Shown here piece by piece: positions 36,363-49,679 of a stretch of DNA of 64,000 bases. Each line of letters starts with the position of its first letter. Within the stretch, counting starts at the first letter, position 1. A model generated the notes under the pieces. It did not search any database. It was not told the DNA's origin and saw only the letters and a program-made list of their open reading frames with translations. A program made the translations under genes and the position numbers. This DNA is from Selaginella moellendorffii (lineage: Eukaryota; Plantae; Lycopodiophyta), in NCBI RefSeq assembly GCF_000143415.4, contig NW_003314343.1, positions 558,813 to 622,812 on the forward strand, read 5' to 3'.

Positions 36363-36871
36363 TCTTAGGCATTAGGTCAGGATAATAGGATAAAGAAAGG
36401 GCCTTACAATCAAGTGATCACCCCTTTAGCCAGTTGGCTTAGGGTGTAAGGGATAGGATCCTAACATTGGTATTGGAGCCCAGTTCGATTCTCGTGGCTG
36501 ATGAGTGGGGCAGGAATATTCTGAAGGAATATTCAACATAGTGAATCTAGAGGGAGAACCAAGGTTTGGTAGACCCTAAAAGAAGGACCATGGTGACTAG
36601 AGGATGGCCTAAGAATGATCACAGTGGGGTAGGAATATTCTGAAGGAATATTCAACATGGTGAATCTAGAAGGAGAACCAAGGTTTGGTAGACCCTAAAA
36701 GGACCATGGTGACTAGAGGATGGCCTAAGAATGATCGCAGACAATCATTCCCTAACAAGGGGAGGATTGTTAGGCATCAGGTCAGGATAATAGAATAAAG
36801 AAAGGGCTCTACAATCAAGTGATCACCCCTTTAGCCAGTTGGCTTAGGGTATAAGGGATAGGATCCTAACA
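36363..36871 (+). mobile_element. 509-bp TRIM with 104-bp LTRs
   Basis: LTRs 36363-36466 and 36768-36871, PBS-like tggtattggagc, PPT aaggggaggat, perfect TSD ttaat/ttaat. The interior is largely a ~120-bp tandem duplication. Confidence 0.9.
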
Positions 36872-37199
36872 TTAATAAATACCTCTTGTGGGCATTTATG
36901 AATGGTTAGTTCATCCCTAGAGTTTTCTCTCTAGTCTCATACTTTTCACTCTTTGATTTCTTCTTCTTAACTTTGGAGTTTCTATCCTTGAGATTCCTAT
37001 ATTTAGCATTTTTAGTATCTAGAGCATCTTTGCATTTTTTGAGTGGCAAGTCATGGTTTCTTGTGTGACAAAGTCATGCACAATTCTCCCATGATTGCTC
37101 ATTATGCTAGAGCTTTAGCTTTGTGAAAACTCTTAGTGGCATTTGCAATGAGTACCCTTTTGTTTCTTTACCAACTAGATGTGGGTTCTTGCACATTGG

Positions 37200-39560
37200 G
37201 GCCCTATGTGATCCTCTCATGGTTTTCTATTGTGCTGGTGCATTTGAGCTAGATGAGCTGCAAGATTCTTGAGATATTCCACTTCCTAAAATATTCTTTA
37301 ACCAAATATTCCTCTAGAATATTCTCCTTCTTCCTCATGAGTATATAGGGTGAGAGGGGGATCACAAGAGAAATACATCTTTATAAAACTTTGTTTAGTG
37401 TTCTTCTAAGGGTTCTCATCTCCTAAGACTTCGTTGAGGGGGCCACTCTATAGTGGTGTCCTTGTCAGGGTCTACTAGTCCCAATATATGCTTAAATCAC
37501 CAACATAGAGATGTCTCTAGATGATGGTTACATCTTCCTAACCTAACGTTCATCTGGCCTTTTGAAAAAGTGCTTTGAAGAAGAGAGGTTAGTGTAGTCA
37601 GTCCTTGGCCCTCATTGGCTTGACCTACTGCAACAGAAATGCCCTTCAGAGGTAGTGGATTCCCTACACCAAGAGGCCAGCTTGTGAGGGGCCTAACAGC
37701 CAGTTTGAGTCAAATTGCCACAGCCTCAGGCTACAGTGCTTGGGCTGAATTGCCAAAAGACTCTGTCTAAACATAAGTTTCCAAAGTTGCTTATTTGGTT
37801 CCAACACTTGTAGGATGGCCATGTCACTAGGATCAATTACCTAACCCTCCAAGTTCCTATGGCCTTGCTGTTGACCTCCGCGCCACCTTGGACATCTTTC
37901 TACCATCCCCACTCCACAAATATTTCCTGGCCATACTCTGGATTTTGTTGAGGGTGAGCTCTTGAATTGGCCAGATTGAGATATAATACCAGATATATGT
38001 GCATATATGTGTGGAGGAAATCCCAGTTATCCCTCAATTATATGCTTTTTTGACATCCAGAAGCTAAGTGACTACTTCCTGCTCTGATTCACAAGCCCAG
38101 CACTGAGTGCGAAGGTACATCCACACATTCTCAGAGATCTATCACCCGAGCACAAAGCCTATTTGTTGTTCCCAGATTAGGATCGGCATGACTCAATTGT
38201 AGTTAGAGGGCCATTGCATTCTCAAAGACCTTGTATACAGCATTCAACATTGTGATAGGCCTCCACTTACAGAAGTTTGAATTCAGCCCACTTGAGGATG
38301 AGTGCAATCTGCCCTGTAGTGGAAGCAAGCCATCCCTCTAGGCTGTCTTCCACAGTGTCATCAGCCAGGGTCCAAGTTCTTCCCACTGCATCGTGAAGAA
38401 AAGTGGGAGTAGGCCATCAGATTCCCATTAAGTTTGAATAAATCTGCTTCTAATCTCACCACTCACTCTAGTGGAACTCTGGATGGGAGAGTTTGCAGCA
38501 CCTCCTAGGCAGCATAGTCTCTCTCTAGGGTCTTGGACTGGCCCATGCATGTGGTATATAATGAGCTTTGGATGCTATATTGTGTCTCCTCAAACATCCC
38601 ATCTAGTCACTATAGGCCCAAGATAGGGGAGAATCCAACATTATATTGTAAGGTCTTTAGTTTAAACTTTCCAAAAAGTCACCCATCTCACAGTACAATG
38701 TTTAACTCCATAATCCTAAAACTTTTAACCAATTGAATTTGTTCATTCCATCCTCAATTATCCTCCATTGTTCAAACTTTTCACTCAATCACCTCCTGTT
38801 CCCGAAGCTTCATCTCATTTTTAACCACGGTGGCATTCAGCATCATATGGGAACTTGGCAAGCATCTTCTGTGCAGTTGCCACTTTTTTCATATGGAGCT
38901 CTCATATGGCACTTCCCTTCATATCTCAAAAACCCTAAACAGAAGGCAAATGGGATATTCCATGCTCACCGGCATTCTTAGAGTACTCCCTCAAATCCTA
39001 CATAGAGCTCTTGTCCACGAGCACGTCTTGGACAATTCTTTGTGCTTCCAAATCTCTAAGTGTGGTCTTAGAGATATGCAGATGCCTTTCTCTTTTTGGA
39101 GTCTGATGAAACACCTAAGAGGATTGTGGTCTGAGAACGATGAGAAGCTCCGAGGCATAGACCTAGTCAAGACACGCTTGGCAATGAACCCATTCCCTTG
39201 TGAATAGGCGTGCATGAGGCACAAGCCAAGGGTCTGATGTAGGTCCCTAGGTTTTGCCAGGCCCTTAGTTCCTCTCCGTAAAAAATCCTCGACTTGGGGC
39301 ACAGTATACCAACTTTCAAACTTTAGCTCCTCTGCTGGGGGATCAAACATGGCATTCGTCCAGGGAGGTTACCAGGAACCTGATGTGATGAGCCTCGAGG
39401 GGGGCCTTCCTCTCGAGTTCCTTCTCCTGTTTGTCTGAGAGTTCTGAGAGTTCAAAGGGGCAGCTCGGCTCCAGTGTGACCTTCTTCTGCTCATTGCATG
39501 GCCTAACATCTGGCAAATATTACAGCGAACTCCACTTCCTTCTTCGACCACCATGATGTG
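37200..39560 (-). mobile_element. Degenerate, internally deleted LTR retrotransposon (gag plus RT/RNaseH remnants)
   Basis: 38991-39350 is gag-like (FESWYTVPQVEDFL...PRSFSSF). Stop-riddled RT-like remnants lie downstream on -, with LTR-like sequence near 37.2-37.45 kb. Confidence 0.45.
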
Positions 39561-39851
39561 TTTGTCAAGGAATTCCTCTTGAGTTCGGTAAGAACTCTCT
39601 TTTTTCTTGTGCCATCAAAGCAATCTCTATGCAATTCAACATAACATGCAAATAATATTTTTGTGATTGAAACGATCAGTCACAAAAGAATAATCAGAGC
39701 GATCATCAAGAATCAAGAAGATGGCCATTAAGTGGCAAAAATATCTTAGGGTTATGGCAATGATGCTGATCAATGGTTTGGCAGCGCAAGTGAGATGTGT
39801 CCAAGGTAAACAAAGTTCCTTACCTAGGCACTTTGTAACCCGGTTCACCTG

Positions 39852-41730
39852 GTGGGCCTGCCCGACTTGATGAATCTTGCCCGCACATGGAGACGCATGC
39901 GTCCCGTGGTAGTCGGTCCCAAGGGCGATGGCAAGTCTTGCAGGCTCAGGGCATTCGTCTCTCTCCTCTGCACCGCGGCTCCGGTGGAGGCCGTAGTGAA
40001 CGAGCTAGAACTGACCTCGTTACGTGGTCTGTTGATGCCCTTATGCGGAGCAGCCCAACGTCACAGCTGAGATCTTCCCTTCGCTCAAGGCTTTTCTGGA
40101 GCGACGGAAGTTCTTGGGGGAGGACTTCACGTCATTGTGGATATTGTTCAGGCTTTGGAAACACTAAGGAGCGCTGAGAAATGCAAACCAGATGTCCAAG
40201 ACCGCCTCCAAGCACACAAGTCGTTGATGCATGTTATTAGCGGCTACAAGGTTATTTTTGGAATCTCCCATGCACTATAGGGGACTCTCAAGGACAGACG
40301 ACGAGAATGTCAATATCTTTCGATCAGAAGGATTCACCGAGAATGTCAATATCTTTCCAACAGAAGGATTCACCAAGGTTTGTGGTTTTCACTTCATATG
40401 CGGCTAATGCTTCTTTCACAGGAACAATTGCACAAGTTTATGCAGCATGCCTCAGTTCTAGGTGCTGTTGTTGCTGATGACCCGTATAGACGTCAACTAG
40501 TGGAGTTTTACGCAGCCAAGCACCCACTTTCGCTGGATATCCTGGACAGGGCCTGCATACAAATTGCCACTAAGAAATTGCTCGGAGCGCAGCAAGTTGA
40601 CCTGGATGTGGGTCCTGATGGACGCTGGTCTTGGCCTCCCGAATTGCCAGACTTGACGCCGAAGGAAGTCGGCGAGCTGCTAGACAGCTATGAAGACTGG
40701 GATTCAGTCATCTCTGCCTTCGTAAACGACAAGCACTTCCATGCTCTGAGGACGTCTGAGAGCTGGACATTGAGGGGGACTTCAGCACCAACAGGCGGAT
40801 TATAATCGTGGATCCCAGATATGCATACGCGAATAGGTTCTGTACGCCTTTCATTCCAGCAAATCTACGTGGAGGAGTTTAGAAGTAAAGAAGAGGATGC
40901 TGGTGGTGACCACGGCCCTTGGGTGGCTTATGCAAGGATGGCCTCCCGGGGTGCACCATTGAATGGGAGCGAGGCTGGATGGCTGTGCGAGGGGCTCTGT
41001 AACGACGTCATTTCGCGTCGGGGACTAACGATTGATCCCTCCGGGTTGTCTCTCAATGTGCTTTCTCTGACTACTTTCTCCACCATCCCAGGCGACGTGG
41101 CCACAGGAATGCTCAGGAAAGGAACTGGCTTCATGTTCTGGCCGATCCAGTACAATTACGGCAGGGTAGATGCGGTGGTTTTCTACAGAGACACTGCTGG
41201 CAAGCTGCATATAATTGGTCTGCAGTACACAACCTGCTTGGAGGACCATCTGCACTCGGGGTCGGAGTTCATGAGCATTCGGGAGCTTGAGAAGTGGTAC
41301 GGGAGTGATATCCTGGAAGCAACACAGAAGTCGCAGGAGCTTTGTTTGTTCAACGATGCAGCCTCGAGTTCCGCAGGAGGATGTCAGGCAGCTGCGAGAT
41401 GGAAGCCACGTGGGCATTCTGCAGCACAGACGCCATGTTATCTCTTTCGAAGCTGCACTGGAAGGCAGGGTGAAAAGCAACGTAAGAACTTTGATGCGGG
41501 AAATGACCACTCTACGAGAGTGGTGCTTACCTGCGGCGCTCGAGCCCGTGCTTCTGGCTGCTCACGGGAGCACCATCGAGTTGAGCAGCAGCCGGTTCAA
41601 GAAGTTGACACGCTACGAGGCCAATGCCCTGGCACTGAATGCGGGTATCGATCCCAATGCCTACACCCGGGTGGAGCGTCTCAAGGAAAAACTTCTGCAT
41701 GACAAAGTTGTCGTTATGTCCAAAGAATAA
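39852..41730 (+). pseudogene. Crinkler(CRN)-like P-loop NTPase plus PD-(D/E)XK nuclease-like gene, disrupted
   Basis: Walker A VVVGPKGDGKS near 39910. C-terminal FWPIQYNYGRVDAVVF...HIIGLQYT...H is typical of CRN restriction-endonuclease-fold domains. Frames shift between the ORF pieces. Confidence 0.55.
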
Positions 41731-41906
41731 TATTTTGGCTGGGTTAAAAGCGATACTTATTCGTGAGTCCCCTGGACCAGGCATTCATGTAAGTTTTGAC
41801 CCGGGAAAGCAGGAGGTTTTGTATTGGTTGGAGTTGTTCAACAGGTATTACGAGGAAACTCTTACAAGTGGCATCAAGCCATAGAGATTCTTTTCAGCAG
41901 GTACCT

Positions 41907-42541
41907 TAATTTCTTAGTATTGTGCGGGATGCAGGGCTAAGATGGTTTTGTATTGTCAAGCAAGAATTGCGAGGATGATGAGGTGGAGATAGCATTGGCA
42001 CAATTCAGGTAAATAATTTTCAATGATCACTAAAAAAAAGAATTTTGGTGATTTCCAGAGTTGTACTCAAATGTAATAGTCCTCAAGGGAAGTCACATAG
42101 CCGTGAGTGGACCTGCAACATCTACAATGCTCGAGGTGGTGGAGGCCGAGATTCAACCTCAAGATCGTCCAGTTTGTTGCCTAAAAAGCTGGATACGCAA
42201 CTTTATGCACGGACCTACTTGAATTCTTAGTATTGTGCGGGATGCAGAGCTAAGATGGTTTTGTATTGTCAAGCAAGAATACAAGAAGTTGCGAGGATGA
42301 TGAGCATTGGCACAATTCAGGTAAATAATTTCTAATGATCACCAAGAAAAAAAAAGAATTTTGGTGATTTCCAGAGTTGTACTCAAATGTAATAGTCCTC
42401 AAGGGAATTCACATAGCCGTGAGTGGACCTGCAACATCTACAATACTTGAGGTGGTGGAGGCCCGAGATTCAACCTCAAGATCATCCAGTTTGTTGCCTG
42501 AAAAGCTGGATACGCAAGTACCCCGCGGACCTACTTGAATT
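41907..42541. repeat. ~315-bp tandem duplication
   Basis: ttcttagtattgtgcgggatgcag...ggacctacttgaatt appears twice. Confidence 0.9.
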
Positions 42542-42566
42542 TAAAATCCAGAATAGTCCCACTGCA

Positions 42567-44936
42567 CTATCGAGGCTCCGGGGGAGTAGAAAACGTTTTG
42601 GACCTCCTGTTCTTGGGATCGCTGGCGGCGGAGTTTGACGATGATGAGTAGAACCTTGGGTTCATAGCTCGGATGTCGAAAGTGGCAGAGAGCGGGACAT
42701 TGACGTTGGAATGGCCGGAGAGCATCGCTACCACGTGAGACATGGAAGGCCTGGCCTGCGGGGAAGCTTGAGTACACATGAGGGCGATGTGGATTGCTTG
42801 GACGAGCATTCTCTCTTGCTCGTTGCTGCTGGATCTTATGAGCTTGGGGTCTAGAAGATTTGCAAGCAATCCATCGGAATGGAGCTGCCAAGCCTGTGGA
42901 AAGAGAAAAAGTTTGCTTGAGGATAACTTTCTTGACAAAGACAAATTACATACCCATTCCAGAAGATATTGCTCAGGTCCCGGCAGCGTCACGTCCCTGT
43001 TCTTTCTTCCGGCCAGAGTCTCGAGTACCACGACTCCAAAACTGAAAACATCAGCCTTTTCGCTCAAGTGCCCGTGAAAGGCATACTCCGGAGCCATATA
43101 TCCACTGCAAGAAAATCACATTTTTAGTCTGCATGCGTAGTGATGGATCACCTACTAGGTTCCTGCGACTTTTGTGGTGATGATCTCTGTCGCTTCGTCC
43201 TCTTCATACAGCCTTGCCAGTCCAAAGTCTGATATCTTGGCTTCGAATGTTTCGTCCAGCAGGATGTTGCTGGGCTTTATGTCCCGATGAACGATTCGAA
43301 TTTGTGAATCCTCGTGAAGGTACGTGAGGCCCCGAGCTGTTCCAAGCAGGATATTGTACCGGGTGGTCAAGGACAATCGAGGAGTTTCTTCCTCACTGAG
43401 CATGTCGTCTGTCTCAACGCTAAAAGATAAGATGCAAACCACCTAAGCAAGAAAGTTTACTTACCAAGCAAAGCCTTTTCAAGGCTGTTGTTCTTGAGGA
43501 ACTCGTAGACCAGGAGCCTTTCACTGCCTTCGACACAGCACCCCAGTAGCCTGACAAGATTCCGGTGCTGTACGCTGCCAATAACCTGAACTTCGTTGAG
43601 AAACTGCTGCTCCCCTTGCTTGGAAGACACCGAGAGCTTTTTGATAGCGATCTCGGTCCCATCACCAAAAGTCCCCTGTAGCAAAAAGAAAAAGGAGAAA
43701 TAAGTAATGAGAAACCATGCTGGGAGTGATCAAATCCACACCTTATATACGGCACCAAATCCACCCTCGCCGAGCTTCTTGTCGTCACTAAAATCTTCAG
43801 TAGCACGTCTCAACAGATCATAGGAAAAAGTCACCGGCCCTCGATGCAACGTCAACTGGAGCTCATCAAATTCCTCTGCAAACACCATCCAAAAGTAACG
43901 AACAATGGATTTTTTTCTAGAGAGTAAACGAGAGCGACATACCACGCGCTGGTTCCTGCTTTTTAGGAAGTTTTTTCCTCCTCTTGAGAATAAAATATCC
44001 GAGCACGAGGAGCAGCAATGCCGCCACACCAGCGATTGGAATCCCAATTGCCAGTCCCAAAGTTTTCTTCCCTGTTACACACAGAGGAAAGCAACCTTTC
44101 ACTCGAAATTCATCCAAGAAGAAAGATTTCGATTTCATACCTTTGGAACCGGATGGGAGAGTCGCATTTTCGGCAATGCCCTGGAAGAACTTCGATCCCT
44201 GGAAGAAAAGCGTGCAGCTAGCATAGTAGCAAACACCTCCGCCGCCGCCGCGGCAAGTGCTAGCGATCACATTCTCCGCGGCCGCGAGGCAAGCGGCGCA
44301 ATCGGCAGCGCTTAGATCCGGAACGCACTGACCGAGAGCGTACGCCGGCGCCGCGGACTCGATCCCCGCCACTGCCGCCACATATTTTCTCGCGCTCTGA
44401 GGAACCCTAATTTCAAGGAACTCTAGAGCGGTCTTGGAATTGGGCTGGAAAATCGCCAAGGAAGAGGAAGGGGTCGAGCAATTGGCGATGCTGGAGACGA
44501 TATCGAGAGTGGAGGAGAAGAAGTGATCCTCGTAGCGCAGGAAGCAGTGATCGAGGTAGACCCTGCCCCCTTTGGTGGAATTCCTCACGCAGGTGGAATT
44601 TAGGAGCTGGGAGGCCGATCGAGCGCACGAGGAGCATTCCTGGGCAGTGATGTCGCCGCGGCATTGGATTAGGCCATAGACGGTGTCGCCCAGATTTCCG
44701 GAGCTCATGGATTTGAATCCTCCAGCGGCGGGCCCTTGATCGAGGAGAGTGGCGAGCACTGTCTGGATGTTAGCTCCCATTTGCCTGGAGGTGAAAGTAT
44801 AGGCGTCGGAGCACGAGAATGTGGCATTGGCAGTGGAATTGGATGTGAATTGGGCGTGGGCGCCTCTTGCGAGAGCAGCGATGGCGATCATGGCGATCGC
44901 AAGAACAAAATCAAGAGAAGGAGGATGATCCGCCAT
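42567..44936 (-). CDS. CRK: Cysteine-rich receptor-like kinase (2x DUF26/Gnk2, TM, Ser/Thr kinase), multi-exon
   Basis: Signal peptide, C-X8-C-X2-C motifs ([14 protein letters not shown]; [14 protein letters not shown]), TM helix, then [40 protein letters not shown] and DVFSFG, with short GT-AG introns. Confidence 0.95.
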
Positions 44937-45158
44937 GGTTTCTCTTCCTTGCGATGGAAATGCTAATTCATCGATAGGAAGTAGCGAGGGAAAGATCAAA
45001 ATCTTCTCTTCTTCTTTTCTTCCAATTTTCTAAGAAACTCTTCTGTTTGTTTGGACACATCGCAAACAGGAGTTTTTCTAAAATTTCCAACGATCTGGTC
45101 CGTCCGCCAAGTTTGACCCAGCGACGATGGATAGGCCATACACGTGTCATGACTTTAG

Positions 45159-47399
45159 TCAATCGTGGTAAACAGCGGCCATGAGCGCGTAGGCCGAGGA
45201 GCACTCACACTGTTCTTCCTCTTGAAACTTGACCAGCTCCTCAAAGGCGGTCCTCGCCACGCCCACGCGCCCAGATCTCCTGCTCGCATCGATCACACTC
45301 GACCAGGTGACAGCATTGGGTCGCATCGCCGATCGCGATGATCCCATCGATCTTACTCTCTCCACCAGCGCCACCGCCTCTTCTAGCCGATCCGCTCGCC
45401 CCAGCATGTCGATCGCGCAGTGGTAGTGCTCGATCCCAATCCCAGCCATAGACAAGGACGATCCCAGGATCTCCGCAAGGAATTTCTTCCCCTGTTCCAC
45501 GCGCCCAGTGTGGGCGCAAGCGCTGAGCACGCACAGCAGCGCCGCCGCGCGATCGTGGGCATCGAATCCCTCGTCTCTCATCCGCTGGAAGTGATAGATC
45601 GCCCTCTCTGCGTCGCCCTGGCGGCTATATCCCGCGACGAGAGCGCTCCAGGAGATGAGATCTCGCGACGAGGAGGAAGAGACGAAGAATCTCTCGGCCT
45701 CGTCCATGCTTCCGCATCGCCCATACGCATCCACCAGGCAGCTCGCCACGACCGGGTCGATGAGATCTCGCCCCGATTCACGGCTTGCGCGGTCGATCTC
45801 CGCGTGGAGCTTGCGAATTCCTTCCAGATCCATGACACTTCCATGCGCCCGGATCGCGGTGGCATAGCTCCTCGCGTCCATGACCATCGAGCGAGGAGAA
45901 GATCGCATCGCCGCGAGCAGCGCCAGGGATTCCTGGGCCTGGCCATTCTCGAGATAGCCGAGGATCAAAGCGTTCCAAGGCGCCGGATCATCGAGCTCTT
46001 CGTCGCCGAGCATGGCGAAGATCCTGTGCGCGTCGATCGTGCTCCCACACTTCGAGTACATATTAATCAGTGCGCTGGCCACGAATCCATCCAGCTCCAC
46101 GCCCAGACCGCGAGCTCTCGAGTGGATTGCCATGCCCGTGTTCAAGCTCTCCACTTTGATCACACAAACTCTTCTTCTTCTTCCTCCATCGCTATCGATG
46201 GATTCGGGGATTCGGGAGGATTGCTCGCTGGCAGCCATGCTCGTGCACGCATTGGCGGCCGCGACGATCGTCCTCGCGTCGCCAAATATCTCTTTTTTCG
46301 ATCTATCCAGCAGCATCATCTGCGAGAAGAGATCCAGCGCCATCGCTGCCTGGCCGAGATCCACATACCCCAGCATCAATGCGTTCCACGCCACTGGATT
46401 GGTGGTCTTGAATCGATGATCGAGCCTGTCAAACACCGCTCGAGCGAGATCCACGCTCCCACACTTTGCGTAGAGATCCACCAGCGTGCTTGCGACAAAC
46501 ATGTCCAGATCAAAGCCTCTCTTTGCTGCCTCGCGGTGGAGAAACATCGCTCGCTCCAGCGACACCATCTTGATCGCCGCCAACTTTCCAGAGAATTTCT
46601 TCTGGCGTTCTTCCCTCGCGGCCAGGCCAGAACACGACTTGAGCGCCGCCACAAAACTCCTGCCACTGGATCGATCGGTGCTGCTCGCCATGAATTCTTG
46701 GAAGAGCTCTAATCCCGAGAGGCCATCTTCATCGTCGGCATATCCCATGATCATGGAAGTCCACGAGACAACGTCGTGAGTTTCCATTCTCTCGAAGATC
46801 ATCCGAGCAGAAGCCATGCACCTGGATTTCCCATACGCGTCGATCAAAGCGCTGGCGACGCGCATGTCTGTGTGCCATCTGGCTTGCTCGCACCGAGAGT
46901 GGACCGCCATAGCCATCTCGAGGCTCTTGATCTTGACGAACTTGGAGCTCCCGCAATCAAGAAAATCGGTTTTTTCGATCGCAGCTAGCTTGCTGCAAGC
47001 TTTGAGAGCCGCCAGAAACGTCGCGCGGTCTGGAGAGATCGTCGAGAGGTTGGCGATTCGTGCGAAGAGTTCCAGTGCCTGGAAAGCTTCTCCGTTGTCA
47101 GCGTAGCCGAGGATGAGAGAGTTCCATGAGACGACGGTTGGAGCTGTGATCTTGTCGAAAACACGGCGAGCTTCGGCCATGCTGCCACATTTTCCGTACA
47201 TACCGATCAGAGAGTTTGCAACGTAGATGTTGGTGTTTTTGCCGCTCTCAGTGGCACGAGCGTGAATCTCTTTGCCTCTTTCCAATTCTTTGGATCGAGC
47301 AGCGGACTTTAGCTCGAAGATCACCGATGAGACCTGAGGATCTGATGAAAGAATGTGTGTTCCAGGCAGCAGTGATGCTGCTTCTCTCGAAGGTTTCAT
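45159..47399 (-). CDS. PLS-class pentatricopeptide repeat protein with partial E domain (746 aa)
   Basis: Repeated SLIGMYGKCGSMAEARRVFD / VVSWNSLILGYA motifs. E-domain region VLSACAHTG...HYHCAIDMLGRA...PNAVTW. No DYW domain. Confidence 0.93.
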   Translation of the reverse strand: MKPSREAASLLPGTHILSSDPQVSSVIFELKSAARSKELERGKEIHARATESGKNTNIYVANSLIGMYGKCGSMAEARRVFDKITAPTVVSWNSLILGYADNGEAFQALELFARIANLSTISPDRATFLAALKACSKLAAIEKTDFLDCGSSKFVKIKSLEMAMAVHSRCEQARWHTDMRVASALIDAYGKSRCMASARMIFERMETHDVVSWTSMIMGYADDEDGLSGLELFQEFMASSTDRSSGRSFVAALKSCSGLAAREERQKKFSGKLAAIKMVSLERAMFLHREAAKRGFDLDMFVASTLVDLYAKCGSVDLARAVFDRLDHRFKTTNPVAWNALMLGYVDLGQAAMALDLFSQMMLLDRSKKEIFGDARTIVAAANACTSMAASEQSSRIPESIDSDGGRRRRVCVIKVESLNTGMAIHSRARGLGVELDGFVASALINMYSKCGSTIDAHRIFAMLGDEELDDPAPWNALILGYLENGQAQESLALLAAMRSSPRSMVMDARSYATAIRAHGSVMDLEGIRKLHAEIDRASRESGRDLIDPVVASCLVDAYGRCGSMDEAERFFVSSSSSRDLISWSALVAGYSRQGDAERAIYHFQRMRDEGFDAHDRAAALLCVLSACAHTGRVEQGKKFLAEILGSSLSMAGIGIEHYHCAIDMLGRADRLEEAVALVERVRSMGSSRSAMRPNAVTWSSVIDASRRSGRVGVARTAFEELVKFQEEEQCECSSAYALMAAVYHD

Positions 47400-47767
47400 G
47401 GCGGGCGAGATCGCTTGTGATCTGCAAAGAAAGAATAGAAAAGCTTGTTACCATCTTATATATCAGTGAAAAGTACCTAAGGCTCAAGAGAGGAGAAATA
47501 TCTTACCTCGAAAATCCATGGTAGCCGCTACCACATTTCTTGCAAATCAGATCTTTCAAAGATTAGATCTAGAATCCAGCTTGGCACGCTCATGCGGTCT
47601 GCGATGCAAGAGAGTTTGAGCAATTGGAAAGCCCAAATGCCTTGCTTACCTTCGAGAAACCATGGCGCCCCAAGCCCTCCCCTACGGTCTACGTGGCGTA
47701 CGAAAGACAAATATCTACTGGGATTTTTGTTGTAGGAGAGTGGAACGGTTTTGCAATGCGGCGAAGC

Positions 47768-49000
47768 ATGGAGTTGGACGATTGCTCCCTGGTGGAGATC
47801 TTGAGCAAGGTGGAGGATGCGCGGACGCTCGCCCCGTGCAAGCGATGGGAGGAGCTTCGCTGGGCCGTCTCTCGCCTCTCCTTCGACTTCCCGGCGAGTA
47901 CCAACGAGGGGCGCCGAGGATGTAATCTCCAGACTCCAGCGTCCTCCGACGCGCCAAGGACAAGGCTCCCGGCTGCCTCAAGGAGCTCACCGTCTGTCTC
48001 GACTGTGGCGGCGATAGTGGTGTCGAATACGATCGGGAAGCTAGCGGTCACTGGCTTGCCTGGGCTGCTGGCTCCCTCACAAAACTCTCCCTCAAGATAG
48101 CTCCGTATGATTGGCGTCGTTAAATATGGGGACCGGGGGTCTGGAGCTCGATCGCCTGCTGCACCGCGATTCAGAGCGTTCAGATAACTGGGATGTTCGC
48201 TATCACCCAGAGCTTGGTGTCGTTGTCTCTCCAGTCCCTGAACGTGTGCGAGTTCCACTCGCCCGTCTCCAATCCGCTGCTCCAGATGCTGCTCTCATCA
48301 TGCCCGAAGCTCCAGATCTTGAGCGCTGTCCACCGCCTGGGCGACAACACTCTTACAGTCTCGAGTGGGAGCCTCCGGGTTCTCAGCGTGTATGAGCCAC
48401 GGTGTCACCTTGGGATCATGGTGGACGCCCCGAAGTTGCAGTTTTTCAGGGTGGGGTTCAGACCCTATGACAGAATTACAAGATCTTCTCGAGTGAGCAT
48501 CCGGTTGCGCTCCACGGATTTGAGGACAGCATCATTTTGTAATTCCTGTCCTCCTGACAGGCGAAGCTTGTCACTTGGCCAGTTGGAGCGAACTGGACCA
48601 AGGGGTATATATCTGCGATCGCTAAGCTCTCTCAGTTCTCACCTAAAGTTTCGAAGCTTTCCCTCCTATGTTTTGACAGCGACCATGTTTTGTCCTATTT
48701 TCGCAACATGGAGACGCTATGTGTGGACTCTTATTCTTTTCAGGTGACAATTTCTCTTCACACTTTGATTTCTTAACTGATCTGTAATATTGCAGTCATT
48801 TGTGCCCGGAGGTGTCTCCAATTGCAAGCGCAAGAATCTTACTATTCATTTTCTCATTCTTGGAAATACACTACCCAACGTGACGGGTCTCTGGGAGTTA
48901 GGGTCGTGATTTACTGAGACACGGTGGAACTGCTGCCAGCACGGATGCCAAGAGACGAATGCCTCCTGGTGCTGTTCGAGTTGCTCTGTTTCTTTCCAGG
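47768..49000 (+). pseudogene. F-box/LRR(FBD)-like gene, frameshifted
   Basis: MELDDCSLVEILSKVEDARTLAPCKRW (F-box-like), then LRR-like LLSSCPKLQILS...VDAPKLQFF in different frames. Confidence 0.6.
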
Positions 49001-49239
49001 TCGCATTTCTTTCGCAAATGAGGAGCTGCATCCATGGTTACCACCAAGTCCGACCATCTCATTCATGCTGGCGTGGACAACACGTCAGCGTAAATCTACG
49101 TATTTCTGCACACGTCAGCCAAGAACACAGGCTTCTTGTCGTGGGCTTGTATCGGAACCGTGGGAGCGTCGAGGCAGCAGAATGCTGGTTTGAGAGATAA
49201 GCGTTTTCTCCTTGGCCGGAGCATGGGCCCAAAACGGGC

Positions 49240-49660
49240 ATAGCGAGAAATCAAAGGAAGTTTTCGACGAGATGCCGAGCAGGGATAGAGTTTCGTGGGA
49301 GACGATTGACAGATGAATACCTGCCCTGGGATTGGACCTGGAGGAACTTAAAAAAGCTCTTTGAGACGATGCATCAGAAGGACGAGATCTCCTGGACGGG
49401 GATCTTTACGAGAACGATAGTTTATGCCTCAGCGAGATCTTGTGTCCTGGAGAGTGATGATCTGTGGATATGCCTGGAAAGGGCAAGCACGGGGATTGTT
49501 TCAAGCTATGCTGGAACAGGACGAGGTGTCGCCTTCTCGGGGACGTCATGGTGGCTGGATGGATCGCCGATGCGTTTGGACGAGTTGGGAACGGGCTCCA
49601 TCTCCGGAAGAGGTTGTGATGGAGGCATTGCTGGGACTCATTAAACAAAGATATCAAGAA
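49240..49660 (+). pseudogene. PPR gene fragment
   Basis: KEVFDEMPSRDRVSW, KKLFETMHQKDEISWT and MPQRDLVSWRVMICGYA occur in different frames. Confidence 0.7.
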
Positions 49661-49679
49661 TATATGGAAACTAAGATGA

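Noticed and set aside
45229-47188. Long antisense and alternate-frame ORFs (e.g. 45420-46712, 430 aa)
   Set aside because: Shadow ORFs of the GC-rich PPR gene.
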